Shown here: positions 13,151-25,784 of the stretch, one piece after another
Numbering within the stretch: the first letter of the stretch is position 1
Layout: each line of letters begins with the position of its first letter
The notes under the pieces: generated by a model
The model's database searches: none
The model's input: only the letters and a program-made list of their open reading frames with translations
What the model was told of the DNA's origin: nothing
Program-made: the position numbers and the translations under genes
Origin: Octopus bimaculoides
Lineage: Eukaryota
Reading direction: 5' to 3'
Assembly: GCF_001194135.2 (NCBI RefSeq)
Contig: NC_068984.1
Coordinates: 141,290,202-141,353,971, forward strand
DNA length: 63,770 bases

Positions 13151-14269
13151 TCATCTCACAGTAAATTACTATTTCTAATGGAAGTATGAAGTTGGAGAAT
13201 TCTAGTGAATGGATCTTAATAATGGAAGAGGATTAAGTCTTTCTTAAGGACATCGACAGTGATATTGCAAGCAAAGTGAACTGGTAACAAGAGATTATCA
13301 CCAAGTTACAATAGACTTCAGTTGAGCTAATGAAGGAAAATCTTCATGGTCACTCAACCTGCAAGAAATAGCATCCAAATATCCCTCTGTCTTTAAAATG
13401 GAAAGCCACACTGGATAATACAGTCTCTGATATATAAAATGACAAGATACTTTTGATTATAGGTCTGCTGGGTCAGGCTAATAGTATTTCAGCCAATAAG
13501 TTATCACTTTAATATGGCATCAAACCAACCAGCCTTTCTTAAACACCTTAAGGATAGAGTTGAGTCAGTCTTTGGGGAAATTTGTTAAGGAAACCATTTG
13601 TAGCATATGAGATATGAAATAGTCAAAAGTCATTCTTAGAATCTTGATTTCATTTAGCTAATGATATTGGCAATGGCTTTTACTGGAATCAATACTTCAT
13701 CAAACATTGCTGCAAAATGTCAAATGGCTTTTTTGTTGTGGTCATATGCAGTGTGTGTGTGTGTGTGTGTGAAAGAGTGTGTGCATGTGTTTGTGCGTGT
13801 GTACGCGTAGCAGTGTATTAGCTTGCCTAGTTGTAGCTGGATCCGTTTCTTAATTGATGACTCACAGTGGTAGACAGATTACAGATGAGCTCAACAGCAT
13901 CAATATGTTTAACCCTGACAATAAACCAGTTTAGAGCTTAAATATAAAAGGGATGGGCAGCTTACCCTAGAGATTCTGATTAAGATTAGTTGATTTCAGC
14001 CAGGCGCCTTTAAATGATTTTCTCTAATGACAAAGCAGGATTTGATCAGCAACTCTTTTATCAGAATTGTCTTCTCTGAACATTAGATTTTGTTAAATGC
14101 TTTTCTTTTTTCATGTTTTTTTTTTTCTTCTTGCAAGTGTTTTATTTTTAGTCATCTTTTTAAAGAACATTTCTCTGGAACTGGTCAGTCTGACATAAAG
14201 TATCAGAATATCTGTTTCATGAAACCAACTTTATTTTGGTGCCTTTCTAAATATTGAAGCCTTCTTCCA

Positions 14270-14460
14270 GTTTCTGATTTCCGTGATAGCACCGATTTCT
14301 TGTTTAGCCCTAGGTCAGTCCTGATCAAGAAGATCTATGAACATTGCCTTATTTAGACACAGTGTATCTAGCATCAAATTATCCTATGTGTCCTTCTGTT
14401 TGAGAAGGTATGATTTGAAAGAGATTTGACTGCTATTTCTAACAGGTACACTGACGATGT
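14270..14460. repeat. Old unclassified interspersed repeat; related copies near 13350-13490, 16440-16640, 28980-29130, 41140-41350, 41560-41770, 50740-50900
   Basis: Recurrent tgatttga.ggagattt.gctgctatttcta motif. Confidence 0.6.
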
Positions 14461-14734
14461 AGAAGTACCCTCATTGGCTTGCTATCAATTTTACTTTTCT
14501 CTTTAGGAAGGAGACATGAAAGAGATCAGGCAACTGATGATATGCAGTGCTTGAGAAGACCTCCCCATTTTGGTAAACAGTATTTTGGAAACATAATGTC
14601 CATAAACACAACTGGGGCCTTTCACCAAATTTCCTCATCAGATCTTCCCCCACTCCTTATCTCCCAATCACTTGCCAACTGCAATATTCTGCTGCTGTAA
14701 TCAAATGAGGGTAGAAGTGCATATTTTATCATCT

Positions 14735-14925
14735 TTTCTCTGATTCCAGTTGAGGGATCATGGGTTCGAATCTCCAACCGGACGATGTGTATGTTTATGA
14801 GCAAAATACCTAAGTTCCATGTGGCTCTGCCAGAAGGTAATGGCAAACTTCTGCTGACTCTTTTGCCACAACTTTCTCTCACTCTTTCCTCCTGCATCTG
14901 GCAGCTCACCTGTGATGGACTCCAC
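14735..14925 (+). mobile_element. Old SINE fragment related to the 23853 family
   Basis: gggttcgaatctccaaccgg B-box-like motif and ccacaactttctctcactctttc. Confidence 0.6.
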
Positions 14926-15465
14926 TGGCCTCTCTCCGCCCGCACCCCACCGGCCTCTCTCCGCCCGCACCCCACCGGCCTCTCTCCACTCACACTCTAT
15001 CAACCTACCCACCCCTTGTCATATCTCTCTCTCTCCTGCCNNNNNNNNNNNNNNNNNNNNNNNNNNNNNNNNNNNNNNNNNNNNNNNNNNNNNNNNNNNN
15101 NNNNNNNNNNNNNNNNNNNNNNNNNNNNNNNNNNNNNNNNNNNNNNNNNNNNNNNNNNNNNNNNNNNNNNNNNNNNNNNNNNNNNNNNNNNNNNNNNNNN
15201 NNNNNNNNNNNNNNNNNNNNNNNNNNNNNNNNNNNNNNNNNNNNNNNNNNNNNNNNNNNNNNNNNNNNNNNNNNNNNNNNNNNNNNNNNNNNNNNNNNNN
15301 NNNNNNNNNNNNNNNNNNNNNNNNNNNNNNNNNNNNNNNNNNNNNNNNNNNNNNNNNNNNNNNNNNNNNNNNNNNNNNNNNCCTCTCTCCGCCCGCACCC
15401 CACCGGCCTCTCTCCGCCCGCACCCCACCGGCCTCTCTCCGCCCGCACCCCACCGGCCTCTCTCC
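14926..15465 (+). repeat. 25-bp GC-rich minisatellite spanning a gap
   Basis: Unit cggcctctctccgcccgcaccccac on both sides of the N-run at 15041-15381. Confidence 0.85.
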
Positions 15466-16900
15466 ACTCACACTCTATCAACCTACCCACCCCTTGTCAT
15501 ATCTCTCTCTCTCCTGCCTCTCTTTATCCTCCATCACCAACTGCCAATCAGCATCTACACTTGCCAGCCCCTACGTCTTTCTTGCTCAACAATCCCCAGA
15601 CCCTAACTTACTGCCAACCCACGTCTTTCTTCAATCTACTTTTGTTGTCACTACAACAACATCTGTATTTTTCAACCTTCTGACTTTAATCTCACCCTTT
15701 TCCAAACTAGTTGCCGAATCTTAAGCCTCCCCACCTCTTCACCAAACAGCCTTACTGCATCTTCCTCTTTCCCCAGGCTCTGCACCAAACAACATTTACA
15801 ATCATTTCATTCAAAGACTTTTAATGCTCTGGAATTCCTTTCTGACTTTTCAATTGCCAGTCATTAGTAATCTTCTGCAAAACTTCACACAGAATGCTGC
15901 TGACTTCCACCAATCTTCTTCTTTCTCACTCTTCTCCCACGAACTTTTGCACCCGTCTCTACACTGATGCACTTTCACAGGAACAGCAAAGTGCAGTGCA
16001 TTTTGTCACTGCAACATATAATTACAGACGACTTAACTACAAACAAGTAGAAAATCATTATAACAGAAATTATTATTGGGTGGGTAGTGGTGTGTGAGTG
16101 TGTGTGTGTGTGTGTGTGTTAAATAGACAGGTATAGTGAAGTCTGGAAAAATGTCATTGTGACCAGGTAAGCAATGCAGTAGATTCTTTCACCTGGAGAA
16201 AACTGTTCAGTTTAAGGGGACAGTTGAAATATTTCAGTTTCTTCTCTTAGACATTGCCAATGCTATTGTTGTTGTCCATTGACAATATGACCATCACCAT
16301 CTACATGATGGTCTTCATGTAAAGACCCTCCCATTGATGTCTTTATTGGCTCATTATTTGTATGAAGTGGTGGAACAGTATCCATAAATTTTGAATTATA
16401 GTTAACTGTTTAGACTGTTACAGTTGGTTAGTGGTTAAGGAGAGTGGGGAGGGCTTTAGCCCCAATCGACCCCAAGTTCTACAGATCTGTGATCAAAGGC
16501 ATACCTTGTTTTATGGGTGTCTAGGTTTGTATTAAATGTTTCGGTTTTTAAAATGATAGGTATGATTTGAGGGAGCTCTTGGTTGCTATTTCTAGTAGAT
16601 TGAGCAACCATGTAGAGTCTCCTTGGTTGGTTCAGAGCGGTTTAGCATTTGAATAGACTTATGAACAAAATAGTGTGCATGGAACCATATTTGATGTGCC
16701 CCACCCCACCAACTTTATTTCTTTTCCTGAAAGGAATATGATTGATTTGAAGGAGATTTGGTTGCTATTTGTAGGTTCAGAGGAGGAGCTTTGGAGATAT
16801 ATAGTCCCAGAGAAGAATTAGATAAAGTATTACATCACTGGATCAATTAAATCTCTTAATTATTTTTAAACTGTTTTGAGATTTTTCAGCTCCGTTAATA

Positions 16901-17828
16901 TGAGGTGTGTGCAAAATCTATCCAACTTTATATTTTCCTGCCAAAGCTAATGCTATGCGGGCAAAATCCTTTGGGTGGAAGCTGACTTCACTCTCCTTGT
17001 GCATGCATGAAAACTTTTGCACCAGTAGGCTGCATCAGTTCCCAGCTGTTACGCTTACAGTATAGACACATGTGATGTGTGCTTGTTGGATTTTCGTTTT
17101 CATACAAGATGACCAAACACGTTGAGCAGAGACCATAAACCTGTGTCTCATTACCAGTGATGATGGCCTTCATGAAATCTGGTTTACAAATCCAGTATGT
17201 TATGACTGATTTCTATCAGGGCTATGGAGTCGGAGAGTCAAAGTCAGAAAGAATTAAGGGGTAGATGGAGTTGGTAAAACTCTACCGACTCTGATTCCGA
17301 CTCACAATATCTTTATTCTTGAATATAAACCAGTTATAACATAGAGGCCTACTCAAAGTACAAGCATATACATATGCTTTATGAGATATGTTGACCAAAA
17401 TCAGTTAATTACATAAAGAGAAGTCAGAGTTGAAGTTTTTGTTTTGACTCCTCAGCCCTGATTTCTATGCAGTATTTTTTCTGCTGCTCTGCCAGCATGT
17501 TGGAGAGGAATTTTGCCAACACTCTCCTCATGCAGAAATTCTTTGAATCTTCTGTTGAATCTTTTGGACGCGCTTGAGTATCGCCAAGCTTTTGGTAAAA
17601 CTTGATGCAGTATTTCTGCTTGATGTGTTTGGTTGAAAACGAAAATCCAACGAGCACACACTACACATCTGCACTGTAGGCGTAACAAATGGGAACTGAC
17701 ATGGCCTACCAGTGCAAGAATTTTCATGCATGCACAGGAAGGAAGGCATCTTCCACCCAAAGGATTTTGCCCATATGGCATAAGTTTTGGCAGGAAAAAA
17801 TAAAGTCATACTTTTTGAACACACATCG
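16901..17828 (-). mobile_element. Mariner derivative with two left ends (fold-back), interrupted by an insertion
   Basis: TA flanks; inverted arms of about 230 bp (16901-17137 vs 17617-17828) that run up to the transposase start (MTKHVEQR / KHIKQKYCIKFYQKLGDTQ). Minus-strand relics MRRVLAKFLSNMLAEQQKK and PDFMKAIITGNETQVY (decayed TGDETW motif). Confidence 0.85.
17217..17305. mobile_element. Short MITE-like insertion with GAGTCG/CGACTC inverted motifs inside the mariner
   Basis: cagggctatggagtcggagagtc...ccgactctgattccgactc interrupts the transposase relic. Confidence 0.4.
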
Positions 17829-18628
17829 TATTCCAATTGAAACACAATTGACTGATTTTGGTGTTTGACTTATTTCAAATTAAACAGCACAAAAGAATTG
17901 TGTGTGACTGACTTTTTCTCTAGAAATTTGAAGTTTCTAGTTACAAAGGTTATGTGAAGTTGTGATAAACGTTCCTTTTCTAATAGGTTTTATCTTGGGG
18001 TTACTTAGAAGCTTTAATGACAGAAAAAGGAATGTTTTCCAATTGGAAGTGAAACCTGGTTTCACAGATCCAGTTTTCCCTAGAATGAACCTCTATCACA
18101 CTATGGTTCTTGGTAGAATCTGTGAGAATGTTGCAACATTGAGACTCTCAGCCACTGACGCTCCTTAAAATCTCAACCTACTTTCAGTTAGGTGGAGGGT
18201 GTGGCCTCACCCTAACTGTCTTTTCTCAGTTTAATTTTTTGTGCTGAAGTTTCGGCAATTTCACTTTAACCTACTCTTATTTCTCTAATGTCATATCACT
18301 GTCTACTTACTCACTCAAATTTATAGAAACAACAGCAAAATCTCAAATTACACACTACTGTCTTAGAAAATGACATATTCCTGGGCACCTGGACAAGGAA
18401 TTCATCGGCTTACTTAATCAAGGCTGCCCTGGAACATAACTACTCACCACCCATTCATTAATTTGTACATTGATTCATTTATCTTAGAACTGGTATTCAA
18501 GCACCAGAATTCAAGTAGTTCCTAGTAAACTAAACCTAAGATACAGTTCCTATTTCCAGTTCTAAGAAGTATTTCTCTTCGTAGCCTGAAAAGTTTTAAG
18601 TTCCGCAACGTGTATTTTATTTTGGACA

Positions 18629-19008
18629 GTGGACAAAATGCTTAGCAACATTTCATCCACCCTTACAGTCTAAGTTCAAATTCTGCTGAAGTTGACATTG
18701 CCTTTCATTCTTGCAGGTTCCATAAAATAAGTGACTAGTTGAGCACTGGAGTTGATGTACTTGACTAACCCCGTTCTCCAAATTCGAGACCTTGTGCCTA
18801 CAGTAGAAAGGATTATCATTATTTTTCTTATTGGTCCAATTCTCCTAACAAGACAATCTTTTCTACTCTAGACACAAAGCCTAAAATTTTGAAGAAGGCA
18901 CTTGTCAATTACATTGACCCCCACTGCTTGACTGGTGCCTGTTTTATTGACTCTGAAAGGATGAAGGGCAAAGTTGACCTTGGTGGACTTTTGAATTGAA
19001 AATGTAAA
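18629..19008. mobile_element. Tail-to-tail inverted pair of SINE B copies
   Basis: + copy at 18629-18823 and - copy at 18861-19008. Confidence 0.8.
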
Positions 19009-19009
19009 T

Positions 19010-19260
19010 ATCATCATCATCATCATCATCATATGTCTTCTTTCCATGCTGGCATGGGCTGGATGGTTTGACTGATGACTGGCAAGCCAGGAGGCTGCAC
19101 CAGACTCCAATCTGATCTGGCAATATTTCTACAGCTGGATACCTTCCCTAATGCCAACCACTCCAAGAGTGTAGTGGGTACTTTTTATGTGCCACCAGCA
19201 CAGGAGCCAGTCAGGCAGGCCTGGCATCGATCACGTTTTGATGGTGCTTGCCAAATGGTT
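19010..19260 (-). mobile_element. RTE 3' UTR fragment with (GAT)n tail
   Basis: Reverse complement of the 61445-61623 UTR (tttccatgctggcatggg...ccaatctgatctggca...gccaaccactcc). Confidence 0.85.
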
Positions 19261-19931
19261 TTTTTGGGGAATGCACACACACACGCACCCACGCACGCAC
19301 GCACGCACGCACGCACGCGCGCACACACACACACACACACCTGACTTATTTCAGTTTCTGCCTACTAAATCTACTTATGAGGCTTTGGTCAGCCCAAGGT
19401 GCCATTCAGTGGGACTGAACCTGGAACAATGTGGTTGGGAAGCAAGCTTTTTATTGCACAGCCACACCTGTACCTATAGTATACGCACTATATCTGAAAT
19501 TTGAGGGAAGGTGGGGGTTAGTCGATTAAATCAACCCCAGTATTTGACTGGTACATTATCTTCACCTCAAGAGGATAAAATGCCAAGTTGATCTCGGCAG
19601 GATTTGAACTTGGATTGTAAAGAACCAGAACAAGTTTCTTTAAACACTTTTTTTACAACACACTCATGATTCTGGACTTGAAGGAACGAAGGATATTTCT
19701 GTACATATTTTCTCACCAGAATTTCTTTAAAAATAAATGTATTTTTAGCTTTTTGCTGTCTCAGATGCAAGATAAAGACTTTAAAATACATTTTTTAGCA
19801 AGAGTGTGTGGGTGTGTGCATATGACTGTCTGCTTGTGATGTGGTGGCGATGTAGTAGAGAACATTGTTTCCTCTCGTTCCCAAATTAGCAAGTATGTAT
19901 ATGTATATTGAGGAAATGCAACAACTATACG

Positions 19932-19974
<43 letters not shown>

Positions 19975-20249
19975 ACATTTGTGTCCTTCTAATGTCTATA
20001 TTTAAACATGACAAATATTTCATTATATTTCATCTACGTTGCTTTACCATAGAATTCTTTGTAATTATTGCCTTTGTTGTCCTTTAGCCCTGATCACCTG
20101 ATTGACAGACCCATGACTGAAGGCATTCCAACCATGTCAGTCCCATCTATCTTGTGCAACTGAGACTGCATAGTCAAATTTATCCATTTTTTTTTTTTTT
20201 TTTTTTGATGATACTAGGTTATAATAACGATAATGATAATAATAATTAT

Positions 20250-20463
20250 TTCAAGTTTTTTTTTCCACAAGGACAGCTTGCGGGGAGGTATGGATGAGTC
20301 GATTACATCAACCCCAGTGTTCATCTGATACTTATTTTATTGACCCCGAAAGGATGAAAGGCAAAGTCAACCTTGGCAGAATTTGAACTCAGAATGTAGC
20401 GATGGGTGAAATACCACTAAGCATTTCGTCCAGTGCACTAACGGCTCTGCCAGCTCACCGCCT

Positions 20464-20494
<31 letters not shown>

Positions 20495-20950
20495 TGGTTT
20501 CAAATTTTGGCACAAGGCCAGCAATTTGAGGGGAGATGCTAAGTCAATTACATCAACCTCAGTGCTCAGCTGGTACTTATTCTATTGGTCCCAGAAGGGA
20601 TGAAAGGCAAAGTCGACCTCAGCGTCATTTGAACTCAAAACATAAAGACTGATGAAATGCCGAAAAACATTTTGCCTGGCATGCTCATGATTTTGCCAGC
20701 TTACTGCCTTAATAATAATAATAATAATAATAATAAGCCGTTCTACTAAAGGTCCAAGGCCTGAAATTTTGTGGGTAGGGACTAGTTGATAAATATAACT
20801 GCAGTGTTTCACTAGTACTTAATTTATTGACCCCGAAAGGATGAAAGGTAAAATCAGCCTTGGCAGAATTTGAACTCTGAACATAAGGACACACGAAATG
20901 TTGCTAAGTATTTTGCCTGGTGTGTTAATGATCCTGCCAGCTCGCTGCCC
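20250..20950 (-). mobile_element. Chain of three SINE B copies separated by (TAA)n
   Basis: Three gaaaggatgaaaggcaaagtc...gaatttgaactc cores in the same orientation. Confidence 0.88.
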
Positions 20951-20965
20951 TAAGAATAACAACAA

Positions 20966-21326
20966 CAACGAGCATTCAGAGAGTGCAAACCTCTGCCACG
21001 GCAACACCAACCTCCTCTCAACGATTAGCCAGAGATGATTTTTAAAATGAGAATATCTGTAATAAACTCGACTGCTCTCACAAACGAGAATACTAAAGAT
21101 GAACCTGACCACTCTCAAAAATTAAGTGAAAAAAATGGGAAAATAATCCAGAATCCTTGTCCGGTACTGGATTGATCCCAAAATCTAATCAGTTCATGCC
21201 AGTCACAAGGCCAAACATCCCTGAAAGTTTCATCCAGATCTATCCAGCACTTCTTGAGATATCTTGTCCATGGACAAACAAACATAACTGAAAACAATAC
21301 CTCTGCCTTTGGTGAGGTGGCGGTAA
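20966..21326 (+). mobile_element. Helentron/HINE-like non-autonomous element
   Basis: 5' subterminal acctctgccacggc matches the 3' inverted-repeat hairpin at 21298-21325; second copy at 46555-46791. Confidence 0.55.
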
Positions 21327-23852
21327 TAATAAAACAGCAAACTCAAGCCATAATGAGTCTTTTGTGTTTGCTGTGTTTTCTTTTTTATATTTTGTGTAAA
21401 ATATTGAGCAGGATATGAACTCGGATCTCTTGGTTGTTCTGTCTTTGTATGTAAAAATAAAATAAAATATCACTCATCACATAAGTAAAAACTTTTCTTA
21501 TTGATGAGGGGTGGAGGTAGGTGGGGTTTGAGATAGTTTGAAGTTGCATTTGTCATATGATATTAATGACCATGTTGAAATGCCTGGAATCAGAAACCCA
21601 ACTTTTATCTTATCTTTTTGGGAGTTTCACTTTGGCTGTACACCTAACTCACTTGTGACCCTTGTTTATCATCAATGTCATATTTGTCATCATCATCTTA
21701 ATGCTTGCCATCCTATGGCACCTCATCACACCTAGATATACAGAACATCCGATGGCATCTATTCACAGATAGCTTTACTGAACAGTCGAGAATTGTTTGT
21801 TGTTTTGGCTAGGAACTGAACATCTAAATAAGCTCAGTTTACTCCTGATTTCACTGTCATTGCATTTTGTTTTTACTTGCTGGGTCTGGAGAAGGGGCAG
21901 TGCCTGTGGCTTTTGCAGGTGCTCTTAGACTGGTGAGATTGATTCCCTTGATATTCCTCTTGAATTGGTAGTAATGGGAGGGTGATGTGGCTCCGAGGAA
22001 GAAGGATTGGGTAAAGTATTTTGTTCAGTGGTTTGTACATTTTCAGAGACCAGTGTAGAGATGACTCGTGAAAGAGCGACTGGTGTTTTGGATGGATCTG
22101 GTTAGACGTGGTACGGACGGAGGAGGTCTTTTATAGCAGCAGTATAAGAGACAGAGAGAAGAAATGGTGGATTTGTGAGCCCAGGAGTTGTAGTGTGATG
22201 GTTGGTGGGTCTTTGTCAGTTGGTCTTGATAAAGATTTCTATCTTAAATCATTTGATGCCACAACCAGAACTAACCTGAGAGAGAGATTATGAAACTGAT
22301 GCCGTACTTGTTGCATCTGGGTTGACCTACTGTTACACAGCAGCAATTAGAGATAAGCACCAAATCCATTTTTATATTATTCGCCATCTTCTCCATCTCC
22401 TCCTATTCACTACTAAATGATAATATTTATTTTGTCAACATTTCTGTCATGTCCCTACCAAAATGAGGTAGGGTGAGGTTTGGAAGAATCCCTCCCCCAC
22501 TTCTCCATTGAAATCTGTCCACTTTTCACATCTCTTTATTCTTTTATCTGTTTCACTTGTTTGTAAAATTATTATTGGTGTCAATTTATGAAGAATTGTG
22601 GCCCTTTTGTCACCTTCCACCCCTTCCATCATGTTCTGTATTTTCTTTTTTTGTTTTCTTTCTCTAAATATGTTTAGCTACCTCATTGACTTGTGTGTGT
22701 GTGATAATCTGTGTGTGTACATATTACATAAGGGGAGAGAGAAAAAGATTTGAATATATGCTTTGTGAATGTGTGTGTGTGTTTATGTATGTGTATATAT
22801 CTAATATATAAAATAGAGATGTGTGTGTATTCGCTTTTCATGTGTAAAGGGCTTCAGCAAATGCTTCCATATCTGTGACGCATGAATAATTTGACCTTGA
22901 ACAAATAATAATGCTTTTTATATTACATTCACAACCTTGAAAGTTTTAAAAATATTTACTTCCAATTTTCTAACATCAGTGACATAACGTGTCTCTCTAT
23001 CTATATCTTATCTGTCTATAGCTATCTATCTATATTTCTCTTATTTCTCTGTCTTACTGCTAGCTCTCTCTCTCTCTCTCTCTCTCTTGCTTCCTTGCGC
23101 TCTCCTCACTCCCCTTGTGCTATCTTCACTCTCTCTGCACTTGCGTTCTCTCCCCATCTGCCCTCAGCTCATCCACTTGTACACTTGATTTGGCCTCCCC
23201 ACTTCTATGCGCACCTCTTCTCTCCGTTTTTGCTCTCCTGCTGCACTCTCTCTGTCCACCTCTCTGCTCTCACCTCTCCACTTCCCTGTGTTTGTCTCCC
23301 CCACCTCCTCTGCCCCCTTCCCACCCACTTCATTCGTAAATAATGTTGTTTGTCTTTAGCTTTTCAATTATACAAGTATAAACTTGGTATATACGATGTT
23401 TCCTCCATTAATGCAAAAGAACCTACATGATTCCGCCATGTCTGTTTCTTCCTCCTTATATTCATTTGTGTGCATATCTTTTCAAACTCTACATGTGTCA
23501 CTCCCTCTGTGTCTATCTTCTCTCTCTCTCTCTCTCTCTCTAATATATATTTGCATGTCTGTCTGTCTGTCTCCCTCTCACTCTCTCTATGTTTGCATAT
23601 GCAGTCAAAGACTTGATATAGATGATAAGGTTAAATGCAGTTATCTTTGTCTCTCATGGTTAGGAGTTCAATTTCTGTTGGAAGCTGACATTGCAATTTT
23701 CCCCTCTGGAGTTCACAATGTATCCATACCATGACATACTGATGTTGATTACTTCAACAGCGTCTCCTTCCCCGCACAGATTGGCTTTGTACCTGAAGGT
23801 CTGTGTTTGTGCTAATGTCACTCTACTAATTTATTTTGTCTCAAGTAATTCT

Positions 23853-24238
23853 TGTTGTTGTTGGCACTCCGTCGCTTATGACGTCGAGGGTTCCAGTTGA
23901 TCCGATCAACGAAACAACCTGCTCGTGAAATTAACGTGCAAGTGGCTGAGCACTCCACAGACACATGTACCCTTAACGTAGTTCTCGTGGATATTCAGCG
24001 TGACAGTGTGACAAGGCTGACCCTTTCAATTACAGGCACAAGAGAAACAGGAAGTAAGAGTGAGAGAAAGTTGGGGCGAAAGAGTACAGTAGGGTTCACC
24101 ACCATCCCCTGCCGGAACCTCGTGGAGCTTTAGGTGTATTCGCTCAATAAACACTCGCAACGCCCGGTCTGGGAATCGAAACCGCAATCCTATGACTGTG
24201 AGTCCGCTGCCCTAATTACTGGGCCATTGTGCCTCCAC
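23853..24238 (-). mobile_element. Full-length tRNA-derived SINE with (CAA)n tail, possibly of the octopus OR type
   Basis: Head tggaggcacaatggcccagtaattagggcagcggactc...gtttcgattcccagaccggg; 11-bp TSD CAAGTAATTCT at 23842-23852 and 24239-24249. The OR label is from recall, not from an alignment. Confidence 0.9.
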
Positions 24239-24506
24239 CAAGTAATTCTGTATTAGTACAAATATAATGCAAATGAAGGCTGACAGTAAAGCGAAGAGGT
24301 CTCAAGCAGGAGGCTGGTGAAAGGGGATCTGTGGACGCTGGACCTCATGAGGGAGATGTTGAAGGATTAACACAAGGAGTGAGATGCTGTGTTGGGGAAG
24401 GCTTATCTAACTCATGCTATCATGTGGTGGTTTTGGTGTCTCCTTTCTGCAAGGGCTGACTCTTTAACTTTGAACTATGCTTAAATATTTCCATTTCTGA
24501 TTCCCC

Positions 24507-24527
24507 CCCTCTCTCTCTCTCTCTCTA

Positions 24528-24614
<87 letters not shown>
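24507..24614. repeat. Long (CT)n microsatellite
   Basis: About 50 CT units. Confidence 0.95.
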
Positions 24615-24617
<3 letters not shown>

Positions 24618-24933
24618 CCAAAAGGTCATCACTATTACAGTATGGTTGTAGTGGGGATGGTGGATCTTTTGGATGTCAGTGCAAAAGACAGATAAATGAC
24701 AATGATAGTTTTCCCTCCTTGTGGGTGGGGGTGCCTCTGTTGAAGTTGGCATTGTATTGTGTTACAAATTACTACTACTACCACCACTACCACTACAATA
24801 GGCTGTCAACAACAATTGTATTGAGGTAACCAAAACTTTTGATATTTGCTACATAGGAAGTGCAAAGGAAATTTCATTGTATAACAAAGAATGAATATTT
24901 GTTTGTGTCTATATGCATTTCTGTGTATGTATA

Positions 24934-24969
<36 letters not shown>

Positions 24970-25308
24970 CATACATACATACATACATACATACATGAGT
25001 ATGTTTATGTAATCTTTCATCTTTCCTGTATTTACTGTATTTATTTATCAAATGTTTGCCATCTTTATGAGAATGAAATTGCTAAGGGGACAGAATATGG
25101 GACTCCCTACCAACTTCTGAGTTGTTGCTTCCAAATTGCTGCAAGTATGTCCCTGTCCATTTGCATCACATGACCATACCAGCACAGTCGTCTCTCTTGC
25201 ATACCACATCTAATGCCTCNNNNNNNNNNGTATTTACTGTATTTATTTATCAAATGTTTGCCATCTTTATGAGAATGAAATTGCTAAGGGGACAGAATAT
25301 GGGACTCC

Positions 25309-25500
25309 CTACCAACTTCTGAGTTGTTGCTTCCAAATTGCTGCAAGTATGTCCCTGTCCATTTGCATCACATGACCATACCAGCACAGTCGTCTCTCTT
25401 GCATACCACATCTAATGCCTCTTATGCCTAACTTTTCTCTCAAGATGCTTACCCTTTGTTCAACATGCATGCCGACATTGCACATCAGATACATTTCATT
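25309..25500 (-). mobile_element. RTE LINE ORF fragment, same family as 60909
   Basis: QRVSILREKLGIRGIRCGMQERRLCWYGHVMQMDRD parallels the 60901 ORF. Confidence 0.85.
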
Positions 25501-25784
25501 TTCACCAAGCTATTAAAGGGGATGTCCACTTTTTTAAAGCAGTCAGCAGTAATACATCAAGACAGGTGAATTTACAGACTTACCCAATCTATCTTTACAT
25601 AGAAACATAATAGGTTCTCCCATCAATGTCAGTGTATGAGCATCCAGTTGTTTGACCATCTCAATGAGTTACTCACTGAATTAGTCATGTTAGTTAGTTG
25701 AGTGTTTCATCAACACATGTCATTCTTAATGTAATTCTACTTTAGCAAAGTTATTGTGATGTAAGTATGACAAGGCTATCATCG

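Noticed and set aside
15382-15520. Duplication of 14926-15040 across the gap
   Set aside because: It cannot be separated from an assembly overlap at the gap without long reads.
18037-18065. Adjacent palindromes ttccaattggaa and gtgaaacc-t-ggtttcac
   Set aside because: They are short and plausible by chance in 64 kb; the region may be a decayed Tc1-like fragment (minus strand RFILGKTGSVKPG), too weak to call.
24165-24238. tRNA genes (also at 7435, 60232, 62607)
   Set aside because: The tRNA-like heads run directly into SINE bodies, two of them bounded by TSDs, and I could not fold a complete cloverleaf.
25028-25421. Exact 192-bp direct repeat
   Set aside because: The two copies are identical and separated only by 10 Ns, typical of an unmerged contig overlap.
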